Sequence record: SRR20825006_248 | Length of the DNA stretch: 37,533 nucleotides | Reading direction: 5' to 3' (one strand) | Shown here: positions 21,596 through 31,372 of the stretch, piece by piece | How the letters are laid out: each line of letters starts with the position of its first letter | Position numbering within the stretch: the stretch's first letter is position 1 | Notes under the pieces: model-generated | Database searches by the model: none | Told to the model about the DNA's origin: nothing | Seen by the model: the letters and a program-made list of their open reading frames with translations, nothing else | Made by a program: the position numbers and the translations under genes

Positions 21596-22365
21596 GCAAG
21601 ATGTTCGATCTGACCGGAAAAGTGGCGCTTCTGACGGGCGCGTCCAAGGGCATGGGGCTGGCGATGGCCACCGCATTGGCCGAACACGGCGCAACCGTTG
21701 TGATCTCTGCCCGCAAGCAGGATCAGCTGGACGAAGCGGCCGCTGACATCAACACGGCTGTGGGCGCAACGCGCGCCCACGGTGTCGCCTGCAACGTTGG
21801 CTACAAGGACCAGCTTCAGGCGCTGGTCGACCAGACCCGCAAGATCGCGGGGCCCATCGACATCGTTGTCGGCAATGCAGGTGTGAACCCCTATTACGGC
21901 AAGACCTCGCAAATCCCGGACGATGCCTATCACAAGACGATGAACGCCAACGTGTTGTCGAACCAGTGGCTGGCCACGATGGTCGCCTCCGACATGATCG
22001 AAAAAGGGTCTGGTTCGATGATGTTCACGTCCTCCATCGGCGCGTTCAAACCGTCGGAAATGCTGGGCACCTACGGCATGTCGAAACTGGCGCTGATCGG
22101 TCTGGTGCGCAATCTGGCACAGGAATTCGGGCCGCAAGGCATCCGGTTCAATGCGATCTGCCCCGGATTGGTCAAAACCGACTTTGCCCGCGAACTGTGG
22201 GACAACCCCGAGGTCGAAAAGCGCATTCAGGGCGAGATCCCGTTGCGCCGTCTGGGCGAGCCTGACGATTTCGGTGGTCTGGCCGTCTATCTGGCGTCGG
22301 ATGCCAGCAAATACATGACCGGACAGGCGCTGACCGTCTGTGGCGGCTCGAACATGTGGACATAA
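21592..22365 (+). CDS. Short-chain dehydrogenase/reductase (DHRS4-like)
   Basis: TGASKGMG, GNAGVNP, YGMSK (YxxxK), ICPGLVKT. ATGA overlap with the dehydrogenase gene. Confidence 0.92.
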   Translation: MSKMFDLTGKVALLTGASKGMGLAMATALAEHGATVVISARKQDQLDEAAADINTAVGATRAHGVACNVGYKDQLQALVDQTRKIAGPIDIVVGNAGVNPYYGKTSQIPDDAYHKTMNANVLSNQWLATMVASDMIEKGSGSMMFTSSIGAFKPSEMLGTYGMSKLALIGLVRNLAQEFGPQGIRFNAICPGLVKTDFARELWDNPEVEKRIQGEIPLRRLGEPDDFGGLAVYLASDASKYMTGQALTVCGGSNMWT

Positions 22366-22369
22366 GACG

Positions 22370-23143
22370 ATGGAACTGAAAGATAAAATCGTTGTCGTCA
22401 CCGGTGCCGCCAGCGGCATCGGGCGCGCCATGTGTGTGGCCTATAGCGGTGAAGGCGCCATCGTCATCTGCGTTGACCGCGATTTCAAAGGGGCCAACGA
22501 GACCGCCAACAGCATCGACGGTCTGGCCATCGAAGTTGACGTGTCCAGCGAAAAGCAGATCGTTGCGATGATCGACCGTGTCGAGGACGAAGTCGGCCCG
22601 ATTGACCTGTTCTGCTCGAACGCCGGTATCTCCATTGCGGGCGGTGTCGAGGTCGAGAATGACGGCTGGCAACGGATCTGGGAAATCAACGTGATGTCCC
22701 ACGTCTGGGCCGCGCGCAAACTGGTGCCGTTGATGACGGCACGCGGTGGCGGCTATCTGCTGAACACCTCTTCGGCAGCGGGTCTGCTGAACCAGGTGGG
22801 CAGCGCCCCTTATGGCGTGACCAAACACGCGGCTGTCGGTCTGGCCGAATGGCTGGCGATGACCTACGGCGATCAGGGGATCAAGGTTTCGGTCCTGTGC
22901 CCGCAAGCGGTGCGCACCGAAATGACACGCGGTCACGAAGACCACGTCGCAGCCATCGACGGCATGATGGAGCCGGATGTGGTCGCACAGGCCTGCATCG
23001 AGACAATCCGCAACGAGACCTTTCTGGTTCTGCCGCATCCCGAAGTCATGGGATACATGCGCAACAAGACCGAAAACTACGACCGTTGGATCGGCGGAAT
23101 GCGCAAGCTGAACCGCAGGTTTGGTCAATTCAACGACGCCTGA
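22370..23143 (+). CDS. Short-chain dehydrogenase/reductase
   Basis: TGAASGIG, SNAG, YGVTK (YxxxK), VLCPQAVRT. Confidence 0.92.
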   Translation: MELKDKIVVVTGAASGIGRAMCVAYSGEGAIVICVDRDFKGANETANSIDGLAIEVDVSSEKQIVAMIDRVEDEVGPIDLFCSNAGISIAGGVEVENDGWQRIWEINVMSHVWAARKLVPLMTARGGGYLLNTSSAAGLLNQVGSAPYGVTKHAAVGLAEWLAMTYGDQGIKVSVLCPQAVRTEMTRGHEDHVAAIDGMMEPDVVAQACIETIRNETFLVLPHPEVMGYMRNKTENYDRWIGGMRKLNRRFGQFNDA

Positions 23144-23159
23144 ACACGTCACCTCAACC

Positions 23160-23190
23160 ACGCGGACGATGCCACAATCGTCCGCGTTTC
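23160..23190 (+). terminator. Intergenic hairpin (weak terminator or mRNA stabiliser)
   Basis: ACGCGGACGAT-gccaca-ATCGTCCGCGT, a perfect 11-bp stem followed only by TTC. Confidence 0.5.
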
Positions 23191-23208
23191 TCGTCAAAGG
23201 ACAGAGTT

Positions 23209-23580
23209 ATGATCGGTTACACCACGCTTGGCGTGTCGGATATGGACGCCGCCAAGACATTCTACTCAGAGCTTTTTGCGTCCAAGGGCGCGAAAATCGT
23301 CACCGATATGGGCCGCATCGCCTTTATCAGCACCGGCCGCGGACAGCCCATGCTGGCGGTGTGCGAACCCTATGACAAACAGCCCCCCACCTCGGGCAAC
23401 GGCACGATGGTCGCCTTTGTGGCCGACAGCAAGGAAGAGGTCGACGCGATCTATGCGCGTGCGATTGAACTGGGCGCCACGGATGACGGCGCGCCCGGTC
23501 AGCGTATTCCGGACCGTTTCTACGGCGCTTACGTGCGGGATGCGGACAACAACAAGCTGTGCTTTTTCGTCTTTGGATGA
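23209..23580 (+). CDS. VOC/glyoxalase-bleomycin-resistance family protein
   Basis: AAGGA RBS; MIGYTTLGVSD..AKTFY, GNGTMVAF, GATDDGAPG.R..FYGAYVRD.DNNKL. Confidence 0.88.
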   Translation: MIGYTTLGVSDMDAAKTFYSELFASKGAKIVTDMGRIAFISTGRGQPMLAVCEPYDKQPPTSGNGTMVAFVADSKEEVDAIYARAIELGATDDGAPGQRIPDRFYGAYVRDADNNKLCFFVFG

Positions 23581-23588
23581 TGGCGCAC

Positions 23589-23619
23589 AGGGTCGCGGCG
23601 CATCTGCGTCCGCGGCCCT
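23589..23619. terminator. GC-rich hairpin between convergent genes
   Basis: AGGGTCGCGG-CGCA-tc-TGCG-t-CCGCGGCCCT lies between the stop codons at 23580 and 23623. Confidence 0.55.
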
Positions 23620-23622
23620 TGA

Positions 23623-24495
23623 TTAAGATTTGCGCGGTGTAATTTCGCGGATCAGCCCCTCTTGGGCGGTCGAGGCCACAAGGGTCCCGTTCTGGTCATA
23701 GATGCTGCCCCGGTTAAAGCCGCGTGCGCCGCCGGTCCAGGGGCTGTCCATCGTGTACAAATGCCAGTTTTCGAAATGCACCGGCGCGTGGAACCACATG
23801 GCGTGGTCCAGGCTGGCCGTCATCACCTTGCCATTCATCCACGTCAGCCCGTGCGGACGCAGCGACGACCCCAACAGGTTCATGTCAGAGGCATAAGCCA
23901 GCATGCAATGCTGCATCTGAGGGCTGGATCCCTTGGCCGCGGACATGCGGAACCAAGAATGGTTTTCGTCCGAAACAATCTCGGGCTCGAACATGTCGCG
24001 CGGTTCGACATCATGCAGCTCGATAGGGCGCGGCCGCATGAAATCGGCGCGGCGGTGCTCGGGCACGCGGTCCAGTTCCTCGGCCCGCAGGACGTTGCGG
24101 TCAGGCCAGTTTTCGGGGCCGGACACCTGCGGCATCGGGTGCTGGTGATGGCGGCCCGGCTCGTCTACGTGAAAGCTGGCCGACATGTTCAGGATCTGCT
24201 TGCCGTGCTGGATCGCCACCACGCGCCGCGTGGTAAAGCTGCCGCCGTCGCGGGCGCGGTCCACCTGGTAGATCACCGGAATCTCAGGATCGCCCGGACG
24301 GATGAAGTAGGCATGCAGCGAATGACACAGCCGGTCGGGCACGGTGCCATAGGCGGCCGCCAGCGCCTGCGCGACCACCTGACCACCAAAAATCCGCGTC
24401 GAGGTTTCGCCACCCTGCCCCGTCCCGCGAAACAGATCGACCTCGAGCTGTTCGATTTCCAGCAGGTTCAGCAGGGTTTCCTGGGCATCTGTCAT
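23623..24495 (-). CDS. tesB: Acyl-CoA thioesterase II
   Basis: IFGGQVVAQAL, HSLHAYFIRPG, RDGGSFTTRRV, LAYASD, ASLDHAMWFH, STAQEGL. Confidence 0.93.
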   Translation of the reverse strand: MTDAQETLLNLLEIEQLEVDLFRGTGQGGETSTRIFGGQVVAQALAAAYGTVPDRLCHSLHAYFIRPGDPEIPVIYQVDRARDGGSFTTRRVVAIQHGKQILNMSASFHVDEPGRHHQHPMPQVSGPENWPDRNVLRAEELDRVPEHRRADFMRPRPIELHDVEPRDMFEPEIVSDENHSWFRMSAAKGSSPQMQHCMLAYASDMNLLGSSLRPHGLTWMNGKVMTASLDHAMWFHAPVHFENWHLYTMDSPWTGGARGFNRGSIYDQNGTLVASTAQEGLIREITPRKS

Positions 24496-26447
24496 TTGGC
24501 GCGGGCCTTTGCGTAGTCGATGAAAAAGTCGAAGCTGTTCGGGTTGGCCATGGAGTCGCGGTTGACGACACGGGCCGGATCACCGCCCAAAAGCAGCTTT
24601 TTCACCGGAACTTCAAGCTTTTTACCCGACAGCGTGCGCGGAATGTCGGCCACTTCGACAATCTCGTTGGGCACGAACCGCGCCGAGACGCCTGTGCGGA
24701 TGGCATTGTTGATCTTGTCCTTCAACGCATCATCCAGCACCTGCCCCTTGGCGGGCACCACGAACAGCGGCATGAAACTTTCGCGGCCCAGAAATTCCAG
24801 ATCGACCACAAGGCTGTCCATGACCTCGGGCAGCCCTTCGACCGCCTGATAGATCTCGGCCGACCCCATGCGCAGCCCCTTGCGGTTGATCGTGGCGTCC
24901 GACCGGCCATAGATCACAGAGCCGCCGCGCGCATTGATCTCGATCCAGTCACCGTGCCGCCAGATGCCGGGATAGGTGTCGAAATAGGCATCATGCAAAC
25001 GGCTGCCGTCGTCATCCCCCCAGAAATACAGCGGCATCGAAGGCAGCGGTTGGGTGCAGACCAGCTCGCCCACGGCACTGATCAGTTCGTTGCCCTCTTC
25101 GTCATAGGCACGCACCGCATTGCCAAGCGCGCGGCACTGCATCTCGCCTGCGCGCACCGGCATCCCGGGATGGCCCAGCACAAAGGCCCCCGCCAGATCG
25201 GTGCCGCCCGAGATCGGGGCCAGCCAGAGGTCTTCTTTCACTTCGGAATAAATCCAGTTGTAGGCATCCTCGGACAGTGGCGATCCGGTGGACCCCAGCG
25301 CGCGCAATGCCGACAGGTCCACCTGGGTGCGCGGCGTGATCCCGGCCTTCAGGCAGCCTGCGTAAAACGCGGCCCCCGCACCGAAATAGGTCAGCCCCTC
25401 GTCCGCGACGAACCGCCAGACCACGCCCATATCGGGGTAATGCGGCGCGCCGTCATACATCGCCAGCATGGCACCCTGTCCCAGCGCCGTGAATTGCGAA
25501 TTCCACATGATCCAGCCCGAGGAAGTCAGCCAGGCATAGCGATCCTTCGGTCCCAGATCCTGATGCAGCGATTGTTTGGCTGATTCCAGCACGATGCCGC
25601 CATGCCCGTGCACGATGGGTTTGGGGTTGCCGGTGGTGCCGGACGAATAGACGATCCACAGCGGATGCTCGAACGGCACCTGACGGCTTTCCAGCGTCGC
25701 CGCGCGATCCGTGAGCGTGGCGAAATCGATCCAACCATCGGGAAGCGTATGTGCGACAGGCACCATAATGCGCCCCGTGACCGAGGGGAGCCCCTCGCTG
25801 ATCTGCTGGATCACAGCGCTGCGGTCCACCGGCTTGCCCGCATGGGTGTAACCGTCCTGCGCAATCAACACCTTGGGTTCGATCTGGGTGAACCGGTCGA
25901 GGATCGCCACATGCCCCATGTCGGGCGCGCACAGCGACCAGATCGCACCCTGCGAGGCCGTCGCCAGAAAGGCAATCACAGCCGTCTGTGTGTTGGGCAG
26001 GATCGCAACCACGCGATCGCCCTGCCCCACGCCCATATCCGCCAGATGGGACGCCACCGACGCCACCTGTGAACGCAGCTCGGCCCACGTCAGGCTGACC
26101 CGTTCAAAGGTTTCCGATTGCACCACCACCGCCACATCGTCCGGCCGCGCATCCGCATGGCGCAGCAGGTGATCGACATAGTTCAACATCGCCCCCGGCC
26201 CCCATTCCGCACCGGGCATCTGGTTCTTGGCCAGAAATGTCGTGGGCGGCACCGATGCGGGCATGTCGAAAAACTGCCAGACCGCCGACCAGAACCCTTC
26301 CAGATCGGTCACGGACCAGTCCCACATCTCGCCATAGTCGGCGAACGTCTGCCCGCGTTCGGTCTCGAGCCAGCGCTCAAACCGCGCAATCGACGTATCG
26401 GCGATACGTTCGGGCGTGGGTGTCCAGAGAATACGGCGATCGGTCAT
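24492..26447 (-). CDS. Acetoacetate-CoA ligase family protein
   Basis: YSSGTTGNPKPIVHGHGG, GWIMWN, ISGGTD, WRHGD, GRSDATINR.G.RMG, RTLSGKKLEVPVKK, SMANP. Confidence 0.9.
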   Translation of the reverse strand: MTDRRILWTPTPERIADTSIARFERWLETERGQTFADYGEMWDWSVTDLEGFWSAVWQFFDMPASVPPTTFLAKNQMPGAEWGPGAMLNYVDHLLRHADARPDDVAVVVQSETFERVSLTWAELRSQVASVASHLADMGVGQGDRVVAILPNTQTAVIAFLATASQGAIWSLCAPDMGHVAILDRFTQIEPKVLIAQDGYTHAGKPVDRSAVIQQISEGLPSVTGRIMVPVAHTLPDGWIDFATLTDRAATLESRQVPFEHPLWIVYSSGTTGNPKPIVHGHGGIVLESAKQSLHQDLGPKDRYAWLTSSGWIMWNSQFTALGQGAMLAMYDGAPHYPDMGVVWRFVADEGLTYFGAGAAFYAGCLKAGITPRTQVDLSALRALGSTGSPLSEDAYNWIYSEVKEDLWLAPISGGTDLAGAFVLGHPGMPVRAGEMQCRALGNAVRAYDEEGNELISAVGELVCTQPLPSMPLYFWGDDDGSRLHDAYFDTYPGIWRHGDWIEINARGGSVIYGRSDATINRKGLRMGSAEIYQAVEGLPEVMDSLVVDLEFLGRESFMPLFVVPAKGQVLDDALKDKINNAIRTGVSARFVPNEIVEVADIPRTLSGKKLEVPVKKLLLGGDPARVVNRDSMANPNSFDFFIDYAKARAK

Positions 26448-27652
26448 GACAAGGCCCCGTGCACCAGCGCCTTGAGTGCCGCACGTGCGGGATAGCTGCT
26501 GGAGGGGGTGAGCTGGGTGAAGAACACCGCAGAGATGTCATGCACCGGGTCGATCCAGAAAAAGGTCGACGCCATGCCGCCCCAGCTGAAGTCTCCGGCA
26601 GACGATGGCGTACGGGTCCGCGCGGGGGTCAACACAGTCGCACCGCCGATGCCAAAGCCCATGCCGGTCATCGGCTGTTCAGCAAAGCTGGACGGACCCA
26701 TGCTGGCAATGTCACCGGGCAGATGGTTGGACATCATGAACCGCAGGGTCGAGCCGGACACCAGCCCCTGACCACCGGTGCGCAATGCCTCGCAGAACAG
26801 CATATAGTCGTCGATGGTGCCAACCAGCCCACCGCCGCCCGACAGGGTTTTCGGGGCGCGGAAAGGCGATTTTTCGGCCACATCGACGCAGCGCAGCGTA
26901 TCGGCGCTTTTGTCGCCTGCATTGTCCAGCGACATCGCCCCTGCCGCAAGCGGCGTATAGAGCGAGGCGAAGCGGTCCAATGCCCCATCAGGCACGGCAA
27001 AACCGGTTTCGGTCATGCCGAGCGGGTCGAAAATACGCGACTTGAAGAACGCATCCAGCGTCTGCCCCGACACCACCTCGACCACGCGGCCGATCACGTC
27101 GATGCCCACGGAATACTCCCAGCGGGTGCCGGGTTGGAACGCCAAGGGCAATTTGGCCAGGTTCTGGGTGACTTCGGCCAGACCGGGCTCGGAGGCCGCG
27201 TACATCAGCTTGGCCTCTTCCATCGCCTTGGGCAGCACACCGGGGTTGAACGGATAGCTGAACCCAGCGGTATGGGTCACGGTCTGATGCAGCGTCGGCA
27301 CGGCGCACCGCTCGACCTGATCAATCGACGTGGCCCCGTCAACCAGCGCGTACATCTCGGCAAACTCGGGTAGAACCGCCGACAGGGGCGCATCCAGATG
27401 GATCAACCCTTCTTCCACCAGCATCATCAGCGCCAGCGAGGTCACAGGCTTGGTCATGGAATAGATACGCGCCACCGTGTCGCGGGTAAAAGGCACACCA
27501 CCGGCCACATCCCGCAGACCGGCTTCGTGATAGAACACCTCTTTGCCACCCTGCTTTAGCAATACAGTGCAGCCCGGGTATTTCCTTTCGTCTACATAGG
27601 TTTGCATCCAGGGTTTGATGCGGTTCAATCGGGCTTGGTCCAGTGGTGACAT
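26444..27652 (-). CDS. Serine hydrolase/esterase, beta-lactamase family (class C/EstB-like)
   Basis: YSMTK (SxxK), THTAG, FQPGTRWEYS, SGGGGLV, FSWGG..STFFWIDP. No signal peptide. Confidence 0.9.
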   Translation of the reverse strand: MSPLDQARLNRIKPWMQTYVDERKYPGCTVLLKQGGKEVFYHEAGLRDVAGGVPFTRDTVARIYSMTKPVTSLALMMLVEEGLIHLDAPLSAVLPEFAEMYALVDGATSIDQVERCAVPTLHQTVTHTAGFSYPFNPGVLPKAMEEAKLMYAASEPGLAEVTQNLAKLPLAFQPGTRWEYSVGIDVIGRVVEVVSGQTLDAFFKSRIFDPLGMTETGFAVPDGALDRFASLYTPLAAGAMSLDNAGDKSADTLRCVDVAEKSPFRAPKTLSGGGGLVGTIDDYMLFCEALRTGGQGLVSGSTLRFMMSNHLPGDIASMGPSSFAEQPMTGMGFGIGGATVLTPARTRTPSSAGDFSWGGMASTFFWIDPVHDISAVFFTQLTPSSSYPARAALKALVHGALS

Positions 27653-27657
27653 GCGTT

Positions 27658-28410
27658 TTATCCTATCATCCGTGCCATGGCGGCAGCAGTTTCATCTGTG
27701 AACCACGGTTGGTTCGCAGCCGTTTCGGCGGCAATGGCCGCTTTGGTCCGGTCTATGGCATCCGACCGAAGTTGTAATTTGACGGCGGCATAGGCCGCGG
27801 GCGGGATTTGGGCAAACTCGCGCGCTGCGTCCAAAGCCGCCTGCGCCAATGTGTCTGCCTCGACAATCTCGTCGATCAGCCCTGCAGCCAAAGCCGCTTT
27901 TGTATCAATGGGTTGCCCGCGCATCATCAGGCGGCGCGTCATGTTTGCATCCAGCATCTCCTGCGCGATCCCGAGCGGCCCAGCCGGGAAATCCACGCCC
28001 ACCCGCACCTCGGCCAGACCGAATTTTGCGTGCGGCACGGAAATGCGGTGGTCCGAGGCCAGCACGAAGAACAATCCACCCGCAATCGCGGGTCCGTTGA
28101 TCGCGCAGATCACCGGTTTGGGACATTCAAAAAGCGCCATGAAGCCGTCGTTCAACGCGTCCACAATCGCGCGTTGCCCGTCCAGATCAAAGTGCTGCGC
28201 CTGTTTCAGGTTCAGCCCTGCGGAGAACACCTTGCACCCCGACGACAATATGATCACGCGTACATCATCATCGGCAGACAAGTCATTCATAACATTATGA
28301 AACCCCATCAGCGTCGCGGGTTCCAGCGCATTGACCGGCGCGTGGTTCAGAACCAGTTCAACGATACCCTCACCGCGATCTGTTCGTGTAATCCATGTGT
28401 GATCCGCCAT
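27658..28410 (-). CDS. Enoyl-CoA hydratase/isomerase family protein (likely isomerase type)
   Basis: GGAGG RBS before ATG 28410; VNAL, FSAGLNL, AINGPAIAGG, GLAEVRVG. Confidence 0.9.
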   Translation of the reverse strand: MADHTWITRTDRGEGIVELVLNHAPVNALEPATLMGFHNVMNDLSADDDVRVIILSSGCKVFSAGLNLKQAQHFDLDGQRAIVDALNDGFMALFECPKPVICAINGPAIAGGLFFVLASDHRISVPHAKFGLAEVRVGVDFPAGPLGIAQEMLDANMTRRLMMRGQPIDTKAALAAGLIDEIVEADTLAQAALDAAREFAQIPPAAYAAVKLQLRSDAIDRTKAAIAAETAANQPWFTDETAAAMARMIG

Positions 28411-28435
28411 CGTTTCAGCCCTCCGATCTGGTGCC

Positions 28436-28494
28436 AATGTGACGGCTATTACAGCACTGTCAAAGTCCAAATGCAGGGTATGACGTTGCGTTGA
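28436..28494 (-). promoter_or_regulatory. Candidate promoter with upstream shared regulatory motif
   Basis: Minus strand TTGACA-N16-CACATT (28463-28436). TCAACGCAACGT at 28494-28483 also occurs at 17590-17601. Confidence 0.35.
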
Positions 28495-28510
28495 AGCATG
28501 ACCTCGGGGG

Positions 28511-28572
28511 CTTCATCTTGCCGGATAAACTCCGGGGGTCGGCGCGGCAGCGCCGGGGGGCTGGCCCCCGGC
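28511..28572. repeat. REP-like palindromic intergenic element
   Basis: CTTCATCTTGCCGGATAAACTCCGGGGGT, then overlapping hairpins CGGCGC-ggca-GCGCCG and GCCGGGGGC-tg-GCCCCCGGC. Single copy in this window. Confidence 0.5.
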
Positions 28573-28584
28573 ACCGCCAGAGGA

Positions 28585-29286
28585 TCAGACCTCCAGCCAT
28601 TCCTTGCGCACGTCGTCACGCGCTTTCAGCTCTTGCGGCGTTCCCTCGAACACCACCTGACCATGACCCATCACATAAACGCGGTGGGCGATGTCCAAAG
28701 CGATCGACAGCTTTTGTTCAACCAGCAATGTCGACACGCCCCGCTTTGCGATCTCCTGCAGAACTGTGGCAACCTTTTGCACCATCTGCGGGCTGAGCCC
28801 CTCGGTCGGCTCATCAATCATCACAAGGTCGGGATCGCCCATCAGCGTGCGGCACATGGTCAGCATCTGCTGCTCACCACCCGACATCACCGAGGCCTCG
28901 ACATCCGCGCGTTCGCGCAGGTTCGAGAACATCTCGAACATGTCGTTCATGGCCCAGCGGCCGGTACCATCCTTCTGGCCGGGCTTCAGGCCCAGGATCA
29001 GGTTCTGCCGCGTGGTCAGGCCGGGAAAGATATCGCGGTTTTCAGGCACATATCCGATGCCAAGGTTGGCCACCTCGAATGCCTTCTTGCCGGCGATTTC
29101 CTGACCCCGGAATTTGACCGAACCATGCGGCTCCACCTCGCCCATGATCGCCTTGCAGGTGGTCGAACGCCCCACCCCGTTGCGCCCCAGAAGGGCGACG
29201 ATCTCGCCCTCCTGAATGTTCAGGTTCACCCCTTGCAGGATGTGTGATTTGCCATAGTAGGCGTGCAGATCGGTGACTTCGAGCAT
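28585..29286 (-). CDS. livF: Branched-chain amino acid-type ABC transporter ATP-binding protein
   Basis: LLGRNGVGRST (Walker A with K to R), GYVPE.R.IF, MSGGEQQML, DEPTEGL, LVEQ. Confidence 0.92.
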   Translation of the reverse strand: MLEVTDLHAYYGKSHILQGVNLNIQEGEIVALLGRNGVGRSTTCKAIMGEVEPHGSVKFRGQEIAGKKAFEVANLGIGYVPENRDIFPGLTTRQNLILGLKPGQKDGTGRWAMNDMFEMFSNLRERADVEASVMSGGEQQMLTMCRTLMGDPDLVMIDEPTEGLSPQMVQKVATVLQEIAKRGVSTLLVEQKLSIALDIAHRVYVMGHGQVVFEGTPQELKARDDVRKEWLEV

Positions 29287-30047
29287 CAGTGTTCTGCCTC
29301 CAGTGCAGCGCCAAGATAGGCTTCTTGAACCTTGGGATCGCCGCGCACGTCCTCGGGGCGGCCGGTGGCGATCAACTCTCCATAAACCAGCACCGAAATG
29401 CGGTCGGCCAGACCAAAGACAACGCCCATGTCATGTTCGACCATGATCAGGGTCTTGCCTTCGGTCACGGTGCGGATCAACTCGACGATATAGTCGGTTT
29501 CCGAATGGCTCATGCCGGCCGTGGGTTCGTCCAGCATGATGACGTCGGCGCCACCGGCGATGGTGATGCCAATCTCCAGCGCACGCTGTTCCGCATAGGA
29601 CAAGGTGCCCGCAGGCAGATCACGCCGGTTGGTCAGGTTGATCTGTTCCAGGATCTGTTCAGCCCCTTCGGTCAGATCCCGGCTGCGCCCGACCATGGAC
29701 CAGAAGTTGTACTTGTAGCCCATCGACCAAAGCAGGGAACAACGGACGTTTTCAAACACCGACATTTTCGGAAAGATGTTGGTGATCTGAAAACTGCGGC
29801 TCAGCCCCATGCGGTTGATCTCGAACGGCGCCTTGCCCGCCAGATTCTGCCCGTGCAGCAGCACCTCGCCCGCGGTTTGCGGAAACCGTCCGGTGATCAG
29901 GTTGAACAGAGTCGACTTGCCCGCCCCGTTCGGCCCGATGATTGCATGGCGTTCGCTGTTGCCAACCGCCAGGTTGACCCCGCGAATGATTTCGGTCTTG
30001 CCGAAACTCTTCTGCAGGTTCTTCAGTTCAAGTGCAGCGGTGGTCAT
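29286..30047 (-). CDS. livG: Branched-chain amino acid-type ABC transporter ATP-binding protein
   Basis: GPNGAGKST, SRSFQ, LSYAEQRALE, LDEPTAGM, VEHDM, VQEAYLG. Confidence 0.93.
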   Translation of the reverse strand: MTTAALELKNLQKSFGKTEIIRGVNLAVGNSERHAIIGPNGAGKSTLFNLITGRFPQTAGEVLLHGQNLAGKAPFEINRMGLSRSFQITNIFPKMSVFENVRCSLLWSMGYKYNFWSMVGRSRDLTEGAEQILEQINLTNRRDLPAGTLSYAEQRALEIGITIAGGADVIMLDEPTAGMSHSETDYIVELIRTVTEGKTLIMVEHDMGVVFGLADRISVLVYGELIATGRPEDVRGDPKVQEAYLGAALEAEH

Positions 30048-31372
30048 GCGGCACCTCCATTGGATGTATTGGCCTTGGTTGAATTGGCATCAGCCCATGC
30101 GGCGCGCAATGTGGGCAGCATCATGCGCATGACGGCAAAAGCCACCACGGTCACACCGATTGCCACCGCCCACGGCAGGATGTCGTGGCTGTCAAATGTG
30201 GTCCAGAACACAGTCATTTCCTCGTCACCCACGGAAGAGTGGCGTACGTGGAATGTCATCTCGACCAGCGCGGATAGGCCCAGAATACCGATCAGCGCCG
30301 GTATCAGGGTGATTATGTAGGGCACCACCAGCTTTGACGCCTTGCCCATCTTGATCGCAGGCACGTGCATCATCAGCAGCCCTGCCAACCCACCTGGGAA
30401 GAACATCACCGTGGCAAGGAACAGCACACCGGCATAAAAGGCCCACAGATCCGTTTGCAGCGACAACACCGTTTGCAGCAGCGTAAAGGCAATCGCGCCG
30501 ATGATCGGCCCGAAGAAGAACCCGACGCCACCCAGGAAGGTCACCAGAAGGATCACACCGGACGAAGCCGTATTGAGGTTCTCTTCGGTCACGATCTCAT
30601 AGTTGATGGCGAAAAGCCCACCGGCGATGCCTGCGAAAAAGCCCGAGAAGATAAAGCTGTAGTAGCGAACCCAACGCGAGGAATAGCCCAGAAACTCGGC
30701 CCGTTCGGGGTTGTCGCGCACCGCGTTCGCCATGCGCCCGATAGGGGTGCGTGAGAACAGGTACATCAACAACGCCGACACCATCAGCCAGAAGGCGATC
30801 AGGTAATAGACCTCGATCTGGTGCAGGAATTCGATGCCGAAAAACGGCAGACCATAGGTCCGGTCGCCGGAGACACCCTCTTCACCGCCAAAGAAAGCGA
30901 CGATGATGACCGAACAGGCCGCGATCAGTTCGCCCACACCCAGCGAGATCATCGCAAAGACCGTGCCCGCACTGCGCGTCGAAAAGCTGCCGACGATCAT
31001 TGCCAGACCCATGCCGAACAGTCCGCCAAAGATCGGCAGCACCGGCAAGGGCAGCATCTCGAAAAAGTCAGTGCTGGCCATGACGTGCATACAGGCAAAG
31101 CCGCCGACACCCGCATAGACTGCATGGCCAAAGCTGAGCATCCCGCCCTGCCCCAACAGCATGTTATAGGCCAGCGCAAAGATGATTGTGATCGCCATCT
31201 GGTTCATGATGGTGATGGCCGAGTTGTCGTTGAACACAAAGGGCATGACCAGCAAGGCAAGCCCCGCAATGACCCATGGCAAGGCGGCTATCCTCAGCGA
31301 TCCGGCGCGCATCCGCTGGGCGGGTTTGCTCGGGTCGGTGGTGATCTGGTTTTCTTTCATTGGATTGCTCAT
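30044..31372 (-). CDS. livM: Branched-chain amino acid-type ABC transporter permease (with extra C-terminal TM segments)
   Basis: NMLLGQGGMLSFGHA, GGEEG, AVRDNPERAEFLG, LGGVG.F.GP. ATGA overlaps at both ends. Confidence 0.9.
   Translation of the reverse strand: MSNPMKENQITTDPSKPAQRMRAGSLRIAALPWVIAGLALLVMPFVFNDNSAITIMNQMAITIIFALAYNMLLGQGGMLSFGHAVYAGVGGFACMHVMASTDFFEMLPLPVLPIFGGLFGMGLAMIVGSFSTRSAGTVFAMISLGVGELIAACSVIIVAFFGGEEGVSGDRTYGLPFFGIEFLHQIEVYYLIAFWLMVSALLMYLFSRTPIGRMANAVRDNPERAEFLGYSSRWVRYYSFIFSGFFAGIAGGLFAINYEIVTEENLNTASSGVILLVTFLGGVGFFFGPIIGAIAFTLLQTVLSLQTDLWAFYAGVLFLATVMFFPGGLAGLLMMHVPAIKMGKASKLVVPYIITLIPALIGILGLSALVEMTFHVRHSSVGDEEMTVFWTTFDSHDILPWAVAIGVTVVAFAVMRMMLPTLRAAWADANSTKANTSNGGAA

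Noticed and set aside
26444-27652. Beta-lactamase resistance gene
   Set aside because: No signal peptide, WGG rather than KTG motif, and embedded in a CoA-metabolism operon; it is an esterase-type member of the family.
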